64,000 nt of DNA. Origin: Rhizaria sp. SCN 62-66 (taxonomy: Eukaryota). Position numbers and translations under genes: made by a program. The stretch lies in the NCBI GenBank assembly GCA_001724265.1, contig MEDY01000285.1:1-64000 (forward strand), read 5' to 3'. The notes beneath the pieces were generated by a model that did not search any database, had not been told where the DNA came from, and worked only from the letters and a program-made list of their open reading frames with translations. Of the stretch, positions 12,901 through 24,910 are shown one piece after another (the first letter of the stretch is position 1; each line of letters starts with the position of its first letter).

Positions 12901-14422
12901 GTGCATGTGCAGCGCCATGCCTTGCATCGGCATGCTTTGCATCGGCGGCAGCGGCGCGTGCGCAGCGGGGTGGGCAGCGCGCGTCTGCGGCGAGTCGTCG
13001 CCGTCGGCGTCGACGTCCACGGCCACGGAGAGCGACGGCCGGCGCGAGCCGCCGACGCCAGCGCCCACGCCCACGGCCGTCGACGACACGATCGGGTTGC
13101 TCGGGTGGTTCAGCGCTACAAAAGCGGCTGCACTCAAGCCGGAGACAGCGATGGAGTTCGAGACTGGACCGGGACTGGAGCCGGCGCCGTGATCGAGCAC
13201 GGGCAGCGCTGCGGCAGCCGCGGCGGCATGAAGCGACAAACCTTGCTGCGACAGACCGTGTTGTGATAGCGGCTGATGCGAGAGCGACTGCGACAGAGGC
13301 GGAGGCTGCGACTGCCGCTGCGAGAGCACGCGCGCGGGCAGTGGCGAGGCGGCGGAGAAGGGCGACGGCGAGGGAAACGGCGACTCCGCGCCCCCCGCGA
13401 GAGACACACTGCTGCTCGCGATGTCCTGCGCATTCGCGGTCGACACCGCGACGGCAGCGGCGTTGGCGGCGGCGCTGTTGGTGGCGGCGCTGTTGGCGGC
13501 GGCAGCAGCGGCGAGGGCCGCAGGCGGCAGAGAGCGCGCGTGCGATGGGCCGCTGCTGTCGCCGCCGACAGACGCGCCGCTTACAGAGGCAGTGCCGGCA
13601 GCGTCACGCGCAGCTGCGGCGGCTGCGGCGGCGGACAGCGGCGGATAACCCCCGTTGTAGTAGTTTTTGTTATCGTTGCCATGCGCGTGCAAGTGGCCGC
13701 CAGAGTGCTGGTGGCCACTGCTGTGCTGCAGTGCACCGCTCTGACCGAAGACTCCAGCGCCACCGTTGCTGTTGCCATGGCTCTGGCCGCTGCTGTAGCC
13801 GAACGCGCCGAAGCCACTCTGTGGATGCGGGGGGTATCCGCCCAGCGGCGCGGGCGGCAGCGGCGTGACGAACCCACCGAGGAACAGCGGCGCGCGCTCG
13901 TCCGCCGCGCTCTGCCGGTCAATGGCGACAGCGTTGCGGTCGTATCCGGCATAAGCATAGGGCTCGGCGAAACTGGCGTCACCCGCAGCAGCGGCAGTGG
14001 CAGCGGCAGCGGCGGCGGCGGCGGCAGTGAGATTGGGCTCGGGGCCCAGGGGGGCGGCGGCAGTACTGGACGGCGCCGCACTGGCGCTAGCGCTTGTGAA
14101 CACACTGGGGCCGCCAGCTGCAGCAGCAGCAGCGGCGCCTGGTGGAATCGGCCCGCCGCCGAGTGAGTCCGCCGCCGCTCCGTCGGCGCCGGCGCTGGTG
14201 TAGAGCGGTGATGCGGGCTCCTCGGGCAGCTCCGGCACCCCCTGTAGACCGCCGGAGGGGCCGGCGGCGGTGGCGCGCGCGGAGAGCGGGCCTGAGGGTG
14301 GAGAGCCGCTGCCGCTGGTCAGCCGCGGCGCCGGGGTGCGCGCGGCGCTGCTGCTCGCGCTGCTGCTGCCTCCGTTGCCGTTGCCGGTGTCGGCCACGGA
14401 GGTCGGCGGGCTAGCGTGTTGA

Positions 14423-14456
<34 letters not shown>

Positions 14457-15465
14457 GTTGGAGTTGCTGCAGCTGGTGGGTGCGGGCGGGCGCGGAGCCG
14501 GGGGTCTTGACAGGCTTGCGCTGCGACCGCTGTTGCTGCTGCTGTAGCTGTTGTTGCGCGTGTGCGTGGGCGGTGGAAGAAAGAGATAGCGACATAGGGC
14601 TCTGCAGCTCCACCGAGAGCTGTGCCAGCGACGCGGTCTCGGCCGCAGCCGCAGCGGCGGCGGCAGCGGCCGCCGCAGTCGTCGTGTGCGGATGATTGAG
14701 ACCCTGAGCGTGCCCGTGACCGTGAGCGTGGGTGCGGGTCTGTGAGGAAGCTGAGCCGGGCGAGCCGACCAAAGAGACCGCGCGTAGCACCGGCTTTGCC
14801 CCTGCAGTCGTCGTGGCTGCTCTAGGCGTCGCCGTTGTCGCCGTTGCCGCAGTTGCTACCATCGCTCCTGCAGTGACCGTGGGCGCGGGACGCGGGGCAG
14901 CACGGCGCGTCACGGCGACGGCGCCGGTCACGGACACTGGCCCAGAGCCCGCCGCGGACACGGGCGTAACGTGAGACCGCAGCTCAGTGACGTGCTGTTG
15001 CTGCTGCTGTTGCTGGCGTTGCTGGAGTTCGACCTGAGGCAGGCCGAGTAAGCGGGCGCTCGAGGGCAGCGCGTGGGGGGCCGGGGCCGCGGGCGGGGCC
15101 GGCGCGGGCGGCGCGGGGCCGTAGCCCGCCGCCGTCGTGGTTGTCATATAGCCGGCGTAGCCGGGGTTGTAGTACTGCGAGGGCGGGCCCTTGTTGGAGC
15201 CGTTGTTGTTGGACGACGAGGGCGAAAGCAAGGACTTGCCGTTGCCGTTGTCGTGGGGCCGCGGGTAGGGCCCGTGAAAGCCCGGCTGCGGCGCAAACGG
15301 CGCTGGCTGCGCAGCGTAATACTGTGAGTGCTGCGGATACTGCTGCTGTAGGTACTGAGCGCTGGGGTGAGCAGACATGAACTGGCCTGGGGGCGGACCC
15401 TGAGGCACGAGGCCAGGGGGCATTGCTCCGGGAGGGTACCCGGCCCCGTAGGCGTGCGGGTACAT
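3995..15465 (-). CDS. Giant (~3,747 aa) low-complexity Ala/Gly/Pro/Ser/Gln-rich protein with a PLC-type PH-like domain; exons 15465-10285, 10171-9908, 9793-3995
   Basis: Two phase-0 introns (GTACGT...CAG 10284-10172; GTACGT...TAG 9907-9794) join the 1970-aa and 1907-aa ORFs through the exon DLADYEVEIVEEEVPW...VIAVKG. TAA stop. Confidence 0.75.
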
Positions 15466-16013
15466 CGCTCAGGTGTCGCAATGCGGTAAAACTGTGTCGG
15501 ACACAGGTATACAAACTCTTAAAATCGCAGTCTGCGAATGAGCACGACTGGGTGAACGAGCGGAAAGAAGGAGCCGACGATTTGGCAGTTATCAAAATTA
15601 GTCAGGGGATATGTGAGCTTAGCTTTGCTTTTGGAAGGCGACCAAAAAAGAAAACGTAAACTGCAGATCACTTAAAGCTAAAAAATTACATGCTTAACGT
15701 ATACATGCGGGCATTTTCGAATGAGCAACCTGAATTGAATCGTCCCCCAATCGCACCCCCCACCGAGCCGCCATAAACGCGTGTCACAGAGAAATGGTTA
15801 CGCATGCCCTTTACAGGAGATAGTGCATCATGATCGTTGCGTTAGATAACAAATTTTAAGGTAACAATATATCATGATCACAAAAACATTGCTGCTTTAT
15901 AATTATAAGTTAATTCCACCACTGTCCTCATATACCGCAGCCGCAAGGCAACGGATCAGTTGGATGACGACGAGTCGCATGCTTTGTTAAGTCTCTCGCG
16001 ACAGACACTTCGC

Positions 16014-17040
16014 TTACTTGGAGTAGTCGTAGAAGCCGCGGCCGGTCTTCTTGCCGAGGAAGCCCGCGTCAACGTACTGCTGGAGCAGGGGCGCGGGGCG
16101 GTACTTCGACTCGCCGAGCCCGGCGTGGAGCACCTTCATGATGGCGAGGCAGGTGTCGAGACCGATAAAGTCAGCGAGGGTGAGCGGGCCCATGGGGACG
16201 TTGGTGCCAAGCTTCATGGTGGTGTCGATGTCCTCGCGCGTCGCGGTGCCCTCCTGGAGCACGAACACGGCCTCGTTGATGTACGGCATCAGCACGCGGT
16301 TCGCGATGAAGCCGGGGTGGTCCTTGGACAGCGTGGTGACCTTGCCCATCGCGGCGGCCAGCGCGAGCGTCTCCTGAAGCGTCGCCGGAGACGTGGCAAG
16401 CCCGGGGATAACCTCGACGAGCTTCATCACGGGGACGGGGTTCATGAAGTGCATGCCGATGACTTGCGAGGGGCGCTTGGTCGCGGCGGCGATCTTGGTG
16501 ATGGGGATCGAGGAAGTGTTGGAGGCGAGGATGGCAGCGGCGGGGGTCACGGCGTCGAGGGCGGCAAAGATCTTCTCCTTCAGGGCGAGGTTCTCGGTCG
16601 CGGCCTCGACCACGTACTCGGCCTGTGCGGGAAACAAAGAACAAAAGAACGATTGCAAGCAAGGCGTGAGTGAGTGTAAGTGTGGATCCTTCTTGGCAAC
16701 CGTTCTGAAGAGATGAGAACGAAGAGGGGGCGGAATGCGACTGTGTAGCGTGACGTACCTGGTGAAGAGCGCCGGTGTCAACGGAAAAGGAGACGCGGGC
16801 GAGGGCGGCCTCGGCGTCAGCCTCGGTGATCTTGCCCTTGGCGATGTCCTTCTTCATGAGGCTGGCCATGAAGGCCTTGCTCTTGTCGAGGGAGGCCTGG
16901 CTGGCGTCGACCATCACGACGTCAGCCTTGGCCACGGTCGCGGCGACAACGCCAATGCCGGTGCCCATCTGACCAGCGCCGACGACGCCGACGCGCTTGA
17001 TGGCGGACGAGGAAAAGGAGCGGGCAGCAACACGGAACAT
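16014..17040 (-). CDS. 3-hydroxybutyryl/3-hydroxyacyl-CoA dehydrogenase, probably mitochondrial; intron 16758-16623
   Basis: [13 protein letters not shown] Rossmann motif, [56 protein letters not shown]-terminus [12 protein letters not shown] resembles a presequence. TAA stop. Confidence 0.95.
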
Positions 17041-17483
17041 CGCTGACAAAAGCCATGAGGGGTGCGAAAGGGAAAGAGGGGACGTGAGCATGTACAGATA
17101 AAGTTACAATAAAGGATTTGGTGAAAATGTAAGACGAACGCTTGTTTCAGATATTATCAAGCTCTCACTTCCTGATTACGGTCTGGTGGCTCAGAATATA
17201 TGCCGCTAAAAAGCTATTAGCGGGTCGACGTGTTCAATGCCGTTGCACAAGGATTGGGATACGATTCCCATTAGTGGGCAATCTGTTCGGCTTAAGATGT
17301 CGCACAGTGTAATCATACGTTTTTGCGAGTATTTAAATACCAAACCATTTGTGTTTTTCGTATCGTGTGTGTTTATGGACTAGAACTCGCCCTGAGAATC
17401 CTGCTGACCGTCCTGACTTAACCCCCTTCTTCTTCTTTCTCCTGCCCCACACGCCCCAGACCAGGGTCTTTGCGTCGCACACA

Positions 17484-18271
17484 ATGCAGTCGGGTGTCCC
17501 TATGGCCAAGATGCCGACGCGCAAGTTGGAGGACGAGGTCCCGCTTGCTGCCTTCCCCTCGCCTCTCGGCCCCGTCCCCATGAAGGAGTCGTCTGCAACT
17601 GCATCGAGCCTCAACAGTGCCTCAGGCGTGAGCGCCAGCGTCGTCAGCGCCGGCGTCGCCAGCGCCGGCGTTGGTGTCGGCGCGGGCCACATCGCGCCCG
17701 GCGTTCCCGGCGCCGGCGTGAGCCTCGCGCAGCGCTACCCCGGCGCCGTGCCGCGGCGGCGCGCGGCGCAGGTGCAGATGCAGCAGTTCCGCGACGATGA
17801 CGATGAAGTCGTGTATCTCGACGCGCCCAAGCCCGTCCGCCCTTTCCCTGTCAAGTACGTCACAGTACGCCACATAAATATTGGTTGAGGCCGTTATCGG
17901 CGCATATGTCTTCCTCGAATTGGCTCCATACTTGGTCTTGCCTCCATAACGCTCAGACGCTCTCAATCTATTGTGTTAGTTTCTTACGATTCACGTTGTC
18001 TTCCTGTGTGTGTTTGCTTCGTCATCTCTCCCTCTCTCTCACACCTAGGGCTGGCCTGGTGACTCTTTTCCTGCTTGCCGTCGGTCTAGTCTTCAGCTCC
18101 ATTGGTCTGGCCACGTCTCTGCGCCGCTCCGTCTCCGACGCCGTGCCATTCCTTACCATCGGCGGCCTCGCACTCATCCCCGGCTTGTTCCACTCGGTAC
18201 TCCTGCTCTGCGCGTACCTGGGCCGCCCCGGGTACACCTACGACATGATTCCCAGCGTCGACGACTACTGA
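17484..18271 (+). CDS. TMEM230: TMEM230/TMEM134-family membrane protein; intron 17855-18048
   Basis: C-terminus LFLLAVGLV...AVPFLTIGGLALIPGLFH...AYLGRPGYTYDMIPSVDDY matches the family pattern (PGFYH...GYSYDDIPDFDD). TGA stop. Confidence 0.8.
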
Positions 18272-18519
18272 GCCCGCCGCTGTGTGCACGCTGACCGAAT
18301 TGCTGGGACCAAGGGCTGTCGTTGACGTTGATACTTGCTCGTTCATAAGTTTATATCGCCACATGTCTATCTACGGGCCTGCGTTGGATAATATGGCCAT
18401 AACTTAAATGATTGCTATGAGTATACAAAAGTGTATTATTTTTAAGTCATGAACATATCGCACAACTTCCTGTGGATATATCAAATCCAATGTCTTCTGA
18501 GTGTTGAAGTGACGCTTTC

Positions 18520-21500
18520 TCACCAGCCGCCGTATCCACCCGAACCGTAACCGCCGTAGTTGTTGTAGCTGGTTCCGGTGCTATAGCTCGCTCCATCACC
18601 CAGAAAGCGGAACTGTCCTGCAAACGCTGGCACCGGATAGGAAGCAAACGAAGCGGCATACGCGTCATCGTAGAAGTTCGAGATCCAGCCGAAGCCGAGA
18701 CTGCCGCTGCCGTAGCCGTACCCGCTGCCAGCGCCGTAACCCGTGCCGGCCCCTGTGCCGTAGCTGTTAACGCCGCCGTAGTTTCCGTAGCTGCCGCTGC
18801 TGTAGCCACTGTAGCCGCTGCCGCCGTAGCCGCCGCTATTGTATGCGGCTGTTCCAAACCGCCTTGCCGTAGCGCCCGCAGCGGCGTCGGCCCTCAAGGC
18901 GCGCATGCGGGCCCTCTTCGCCGCCGCAATTGCAAACGGCGTGACCATTCCTGAGTAAATCCTGTCCTCGAGCCCTGTATACCCACTATATGGCCGTCCG
19001 TAAACGCCACCGCTTGAGGGGGACTCGGCCTGGAACGAGCCCAGCGCGGGGGCCAAAACGGCGCTGCGCTGCGCAGTCTGCTGCGGGGCCTGCATGAACC
19101 CGCGCAGCTCGTTCGCAAATGCGGGGTTAAACCCACTGCCGAGCTCGCCGCTGCCGTGGAGCCCGTCTGCAAAGAGCACGCCGTTGTAGCCGGCGCCATA
19201 CTCGCGCGGTCCGCCCGTGCCGCGGCTGCGTGTGCCGTCGAAGAAGCCGAGGTCAAGCCCCGCGGGCGTGCCGCGCGAGCCTGGCGAGGGGTCAACCTGC
19301 ACGGCTGGAAGCGGTGTTGTGGAGGGCGCTGGAGCTGTTGTTGTTGCTGCTGCTGTCGTCGTTGACGGTGTCGCTGCTGTCGGTGCTGGGGGAGACGCAG
19401 CTGCCGCGGAGGCGCTGTTTGCGCTTGCCGGTGCAGGTGCAGTCGCCGGCGCAGCTGAAGTCGCAGGCGCATGAGCCTGTGTGGACTCAGGCGCTGTTGC
19501 AGGCGCAGCTTCAGGCGCCGCCTCGGATGCAGCATGTGCTGCTGAGGTAACGGAATGCGATGTTCCTTGCTCTGGCGTTGCCGGCATAGCTGCCGCCGTT
19601 GCTGCTGACGTTGTTGCTGACGCAGTGATGTCGTCAGCTGAGGACTGTGCCGGCAGCGTACGCTGTGGGTGTGAGGCGGGCGCGGCGGCTGTGCCTGACG
19701 GCGCAGACGCTTGAGTGGGCTCCGGTGCAACGGGTGCAAGGCGCGGCAACCCAGCAGCGGTTGGGGGTACAGTAGGCGCAACAGCCTAAACGGGGGGCGG
19801 CGCCGGTACTGCCACATGTGGTGTTGGCGAGACTGTTGCAGGGACAACAGTGGGTGTTGTTGCAGTTGTCGCTTGAGCGAGGACTGGCGGGGGAACTACT
19901 GGTGTTGCAACAGGTCCAGGAACAGCTTGCGATGTGGAGGTGACTACGGCTTCCGGCGCAGTCACCGGAGCAGCCTGTGGCGCCGCAACTGGAGCCGCAT
20001 GCAGTGTTGGCGGCGTGACCGGGACAGCATTTGGCGCCACGACATTAGCCGCCGGAGCGACCTGGGGCGCCGCGACCGGAGCTACAGACGGTGTCGGCGG
20101 TGCCATTAGTGTTGGTACAGCCGCAGGCTGTGGGGTGGGTGCAGGCAATGTTGGCGGTGCAACAGGAGAAGCAGTAGGTGATGATGCGAGAGCTGCAGCC
20201 AAGCCTGTCACAGGAGAAACAGGGACGGCAGCAGGCGCGAGCGCAGGCGTGAGCGGCGGCGGAGTAGTGAGGTCGCCGTGAGCACCCGGCAGCAGTGGCA
20301 GCACCTCTACCGGCGTTGCAAGCGTTTCAAAGCTGCGCTCCGTTGCAACACTTGCAGGGTTGGTTGCCACTGCAGGAATGACATCGATTGGCCGACCAAT
20401 CAGCGTTAGCAGAGCTGATACCAATGTGCTTGTTGCCGCTCTGTCTTGAGTCGTGTTTTCCAAAGGCACAGTGCCTGATGCAGCCAGCGCTGCAAGACCC
20501 GCGTCAATCTTGAGCGGCTGCGGAGCCGCTAATTTTACTGTTGTTGTCGGTGTTGCTGCGAGTACTGCCGGTGCAGCTACTGGTGTTGCGTCAGGTTTGG
20601 CGGCAGCGTCTGCAAGCGCAGGAATCGGCGCATGCGCGTGCGTGCGCTCATCAAAGTCTCCACTCCCCATTGTTATGACAGTACGGTGTTCTCCGGCTTC
20701 TGGTGCAAGAAGGATACCATCTGTGACAAGTGAGGCGACGGCGACGGGGTACGTAGCCAGCTCAGCAAGCAGCAGGTCAAGCGGAGACTCGACCACTGGT
20801 GTCGGTATTGTCATCCCTGCGTTGTGGGGGCTCGCGTTTTTGTCACGGCCGCCATTGCCGCCTCCAGTGTTTGCGCTGCTGTGGCCGTTGGGCTGCGTTT
20901 GTGGGAGGGCGAAAGGACTCAAACTGCGACCAATGCCTTGAAGACTCTGTTGCTGTTGTTGCTGTTGTACAACTTGTTGTTGAACAGGTTTTTGCGTGCC
21001 ACTGTCACTATAGGCCGGCGCACTGTAACTGGGCGCGGTGTATGTTGGGTAGTCATACGTTGGCGCTGAGTAGTAGTTCAACACCGGCCCCGTTGACTTG
21101 CTGGGGCCTGGCAACGACTGGTACGCGTGATCGCCGCCGTTGTTGTAGTTGTTATAGTTGTTGTAGCTATTGCCGTTGCCGTAGCCGTCCAAGCCGTACT
21201 GCGAGAAAATTGCGTCGCCCCACTCGACGCCGAATGACAGCCCGCCGCCGTTGGACGTCATCGGGTACGCACTGAATGCAGGCAGCTTAGCGGAACCGTA
21301 AGTTCCCAGACCTCCAGAGTATGACGGAGGTGTGGCGTACACCTGAGGCGGCGGCGTCGCATAAGCGGGCGCATACGGCTGCTGGTAGCTGTAGCCGGAG
21401 GACTGGTAGGGACTCGACTGGTACTGCAGAGTCCGGGCTGCACGGCCGTCACGGTGCAGGGCATAGGGGGAGTATCCGCTGTAAGAGGGCAGCGATGGAG

Positions 21501-21723
21501 GTGGGATGTAGATGGGGTCCGCGGTGGGCGCATAGTCGTAGGCGTATGCGCGGTCAGGCAGGTAGTACGGCGGAATGTAGGTTCCCGCGCCGCCAACAAG
21601 ATTGTAGCCGTAGTAGCCGCCGACATAGCGCGGATAACCCGCCTGGAGCTGCGGCTGCAGGAAAGCCTTGACAGCAAGGGCTGAAGCGAGTATGAAGGCG
21701 CTGATATGCCTTACATACCGCAT
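18520..21723 (-). CDS. Putative secreted structural protein (~1,067 aa): signal peptide, Tyr/Gly/Pro-rich ends, Pro/Ala/Thr/Val-rich core; one in-frame TAG at 19788-19786
   Basis: MRYVRHISAFILASALAVKA is signal-peptide-like. ORFs 19786..21837 and 18520..19749 are in the same frame, separated only by TAG (PAPPPV*AVAPTVPP). TGA stop. Confidence 0.75.
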
Positions 21724-22127
21724 TTCATGCTCTGCATGTAAGTGTGAGAGGACATGTATAAATAATAATGAGATTAAGGTGTATAGCATTGAGGCAAGCG
21801 GACTATTCGTCGAAATCATAGCACCGTTATTTCTCACTTCGGGTCAGACTTAAAGTTTTCAAGTCAGCTTCAGCAAGTCGAAAATTGGTCAGCTTCAAGT
21901 TGATTTTAAAGTTGAACATGAAGTTGTCAAGATATTTATCAAAATATACAGCGGGTTTTATTCAAAAGAAACCGTTCATCACGCGTACTTTGTTTTGACC
22001 GTGCATATAAAACTGGTCTAAGCCTAGCAAGCAAAATAGAAACACTTTAAAAAAAAAACAAGAGTCAACACGCGTCGATCGGCGAGTACAAAAACAGAAA
22101 GTAGATTCCAGCATCCGTATTATTATC

Positions 22128-24910
22128 TCACTTACGTGAAATGTTCTTCTTCTTGTTCTTTGCGACCTCAGCCAGGTTGGCGGCGGCGACTTGAGCGGCA
22201 ATCTCAGCAGTCTGAGTCATAGTCTCGAGCGTCTGTAGCGACGGCAGCCGCACGCCCTTGCGGATAACGTTGTCGTAGCGGCCAGTGTCCTTGATCTGCT
22301 TGCGCCACTGGCGCATGCGCGTGTTGATATACCAGTGCGAGATCTGGTCCAGCGACAGCCCCGTGCGCGCCGACAAGGCTTCTTTCTCGCTCTGCGACGG
22401 GTACGGCGCGTCCCAGTGCGAGTCAAGCCACCCCTTGAGCACAGCCACGACTTCGTGGCTAAAGTTCGTGCGTTTCTTCGCCGCCTGTGGGCTCGGACCG
22501 TTGGCTGACGCCGCGGCCACGACCGCGCGCACCGGCCGGCCACCGGCTGATGAGGCAGAAGCAGCGGCAGCGGCGGCAGCAGCGGCGGCAGCGGCCGCGT
22601 TGGCGGGTCCCACCGCCATTGCTGCGTTGGCGGCCGCGGCAGAAATCACGCTGTAGGGAATCACGCTGTCTTCTGCACCGGCGCTGATCTTATCACCCTG
22701 CATATGTTGTTGATGTTGCTGTTGATGGTGCTGCTGCTGTTGCTGGTTGTGAGGGTGGTGCTGGAACGGCTTCTGGTGCTGGTGATGCAGCAGCATGCTC
22801 TGCTGTTGCTGCTGGAGGTATTGGCGCTGCAGCATCTGTTGCGTCGCGTGCTGGTGTTGCTGCTGAATCTGCTGCAGCACGCGGTGGCCGCGGTGTTGTG
22901 ACGGGTCGTGGCTCGCGACTGGTGGGTAAGCACTCGCGCTAAGCAGCGATGAAGCCTGTGAGTCTCTTCCCATCCGCGTCCCCATTGTTGCTGCGCCAGC
23001 GCCCGCGCCAGACTCGGGCCGTGTCCCCGCGTTAGCCGAGTTTGCGGCGGCGTAGGCGGCGGCAAGGGGCGCCTCGTTATGCTCAGCCGCGGCCTGGCGA
23101 CCGGTGGACGCCGCAAACGACGCTGAGGCCGAGGTGATCCCGTCAAGCGACGACGCCAGCGGGACCTCCGACGGCGACGGCACGCTGCTGCGCAAGCCCT
23201 CAGTGCCGTGATACGCGCCCTCGCCGACGCTGGACAGCGAGACGGACACGCTGGGCCCGGCCGTGCGCTCCAACGCCGCGCGGTCCTCCGCGGCGGCCGC
23301 GAGCGCACCGGAGACGGCGGCCTGGTGCTGCAGCTGCACGGTCACGCTCGTGGGCAGCGGCAGCGGCGCAAGAGCCATCGTGGCCTCGTGTCCGTTGTCA
23401 TCATCGCTGTCGCCGTCATCGACGCTCGTGCCAGCGCCTGCGTCCGTGTCGCCCGCGCGGCGCGAGCGCTTGGTTGCGCGCATGGCGGCGGCGGCGCCGG
23501 TCTCTGACAGGAAGCGTCGGCGCTGAAGTGTGGCGCTGGGGCCGGCAAAGCTCGCGCCCGCGTCTGCGGCGTGCGAGCTCACGCGCGCGGGCGCGGCGCC
23601 GAGATCGAAGAAGGCGTCGATGATGCCCGCTTTGGTGGCCATGTACTCATCGCGCATCTCGCGCAGACGCCTTACCAGCGACGCGCTCGCAGCCTCGCAC
23701 TCGCCGTTTTCGCTCTTGTCCGCAAAGCCTCTAGCGGCGCTCGGGTCCGCGCTGCCCGCCGTGCTATCAGAGCTCGTCGAGCTTGTCGAGGCGACGGAGC
23801 CGATCGAGTCGGAGTTGGCGCTGCTGACCGACCCGAACGACGCGCCCGCGGAGCCGGGGCTGTATTCGCTGTGGCGCGCGCTGGCGTCGGCCAGAAGCAC
23901 GAGCTCCACCGCTGAGAGCGCGAGCGTGTGGAAAGCGCGGTCCGTGAGCAGTAGCAACCGCGCGGCCTCGCCCTGCGCCACGGAGCAGTGCGCCAGCGCG
24001 TCGCGCAGCGCGGGCTCGCGGCCGTCGGGCGCCAGAACGCACAGCGGGCGCAGCGTGGCGGCGGTCTCGCCGGGGTGCGCGCGCAGCCGCTCGAGCGTGC
24101 GCGTGGACGTTGCAGCAGCGTCGGACGAGAAGTTGGAGGAGACCGCCGCAGCGGGGGTCGCCGCGCTGCCGCCGCGGGGGCCGCGGGGGTCGTGGGCGCC
24201 GTCTCTGTCTTTGTCGGCTCTGTCGGTGGAGAGGGCGCGGAGGGCCTCGCGCTCGCTGTCGTTGTGGCTAATAAGGCGCACGGGTGGGGCCGTAAAGGAC
24301 ATAATTGCGGATAGCGCGGGCGCGGCGCTAGCGGCGGCCAGGGACGCGGCCGTGGCGACGTCAGCGCTGCTGTAGCCGGCGTAGGGCGGATGTCCTGCGT
24401 AGGCAGGTGAGCCATACGAGGTCGAGGATGTCGGAGCCGCAGGCGGGGTCAACGTCACGGCAGGGCGGCCGAGCGTGGTCGCGGTAAAAGTATTGCGCGC
24501 GAAGACACGAGACTCGTTGGGGTTGGGAGGTGGGGACGCGCGCGGGGTAATGAAAGAGTGGAAGTTGTCGCGGAGCACGGCACGAGAAGGAGATTTTGCT
24601 GGGGCGCGCCGAGCGAGCCCGTAGGCGTCAAAAGAAGCGCCCGCAAAATCAACGTCGTTTGCTAAGGCTAAAGAGCTTGATGCTGGTGCGACGGGATGAG
24701 CTTTTGACGAGAAGCTTGCGAAATAGATGCCTGTATGTAAAAGATAGAAAGGAGGATGGGGTGAGCTAGCCCAAGAAATGGCGAAGGATCTGCTATCGAC
24801 GGAGTGATAGATGATATTTCGAGTCGAAGCGTACTTAAGGAAGGATCAGTTCCCGCCCGAGTATGCATAATGTCATACTCGGGTTGCGCCATGAGTCTCT
24901 TTGAGGCCAT
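22128..24910 (-). CDS. TALE-class homeodomain transcription factor; probable intron 24834-24731; 3' end may be spliced (GTAAGT at ~22135)
   Basis: KKRTNFSHEVVAVLKGWLDSHWDAPYPSQSEKEALSARTGLSLDQISHWYINTRMRQWR has the three-residue loop extension with PYP and a WxIN helix 3. An upstream Gln/His-rich tract is present. Confidence 0.85.

Noticed and set aside
3999-15380. Dozens of long overlapping or antisense ORFs (e.g. 11898..13868+, 6583..8460-)
   Set aside because: Shadow frames of GC-rich coding DNA; Arg/Ala/Pro-rich with no domain signal.
21863-21897. Direct repeat GTCAGCTTCA x2 upstream of the secreted gene
   Set aside because: Too short to assign a function.
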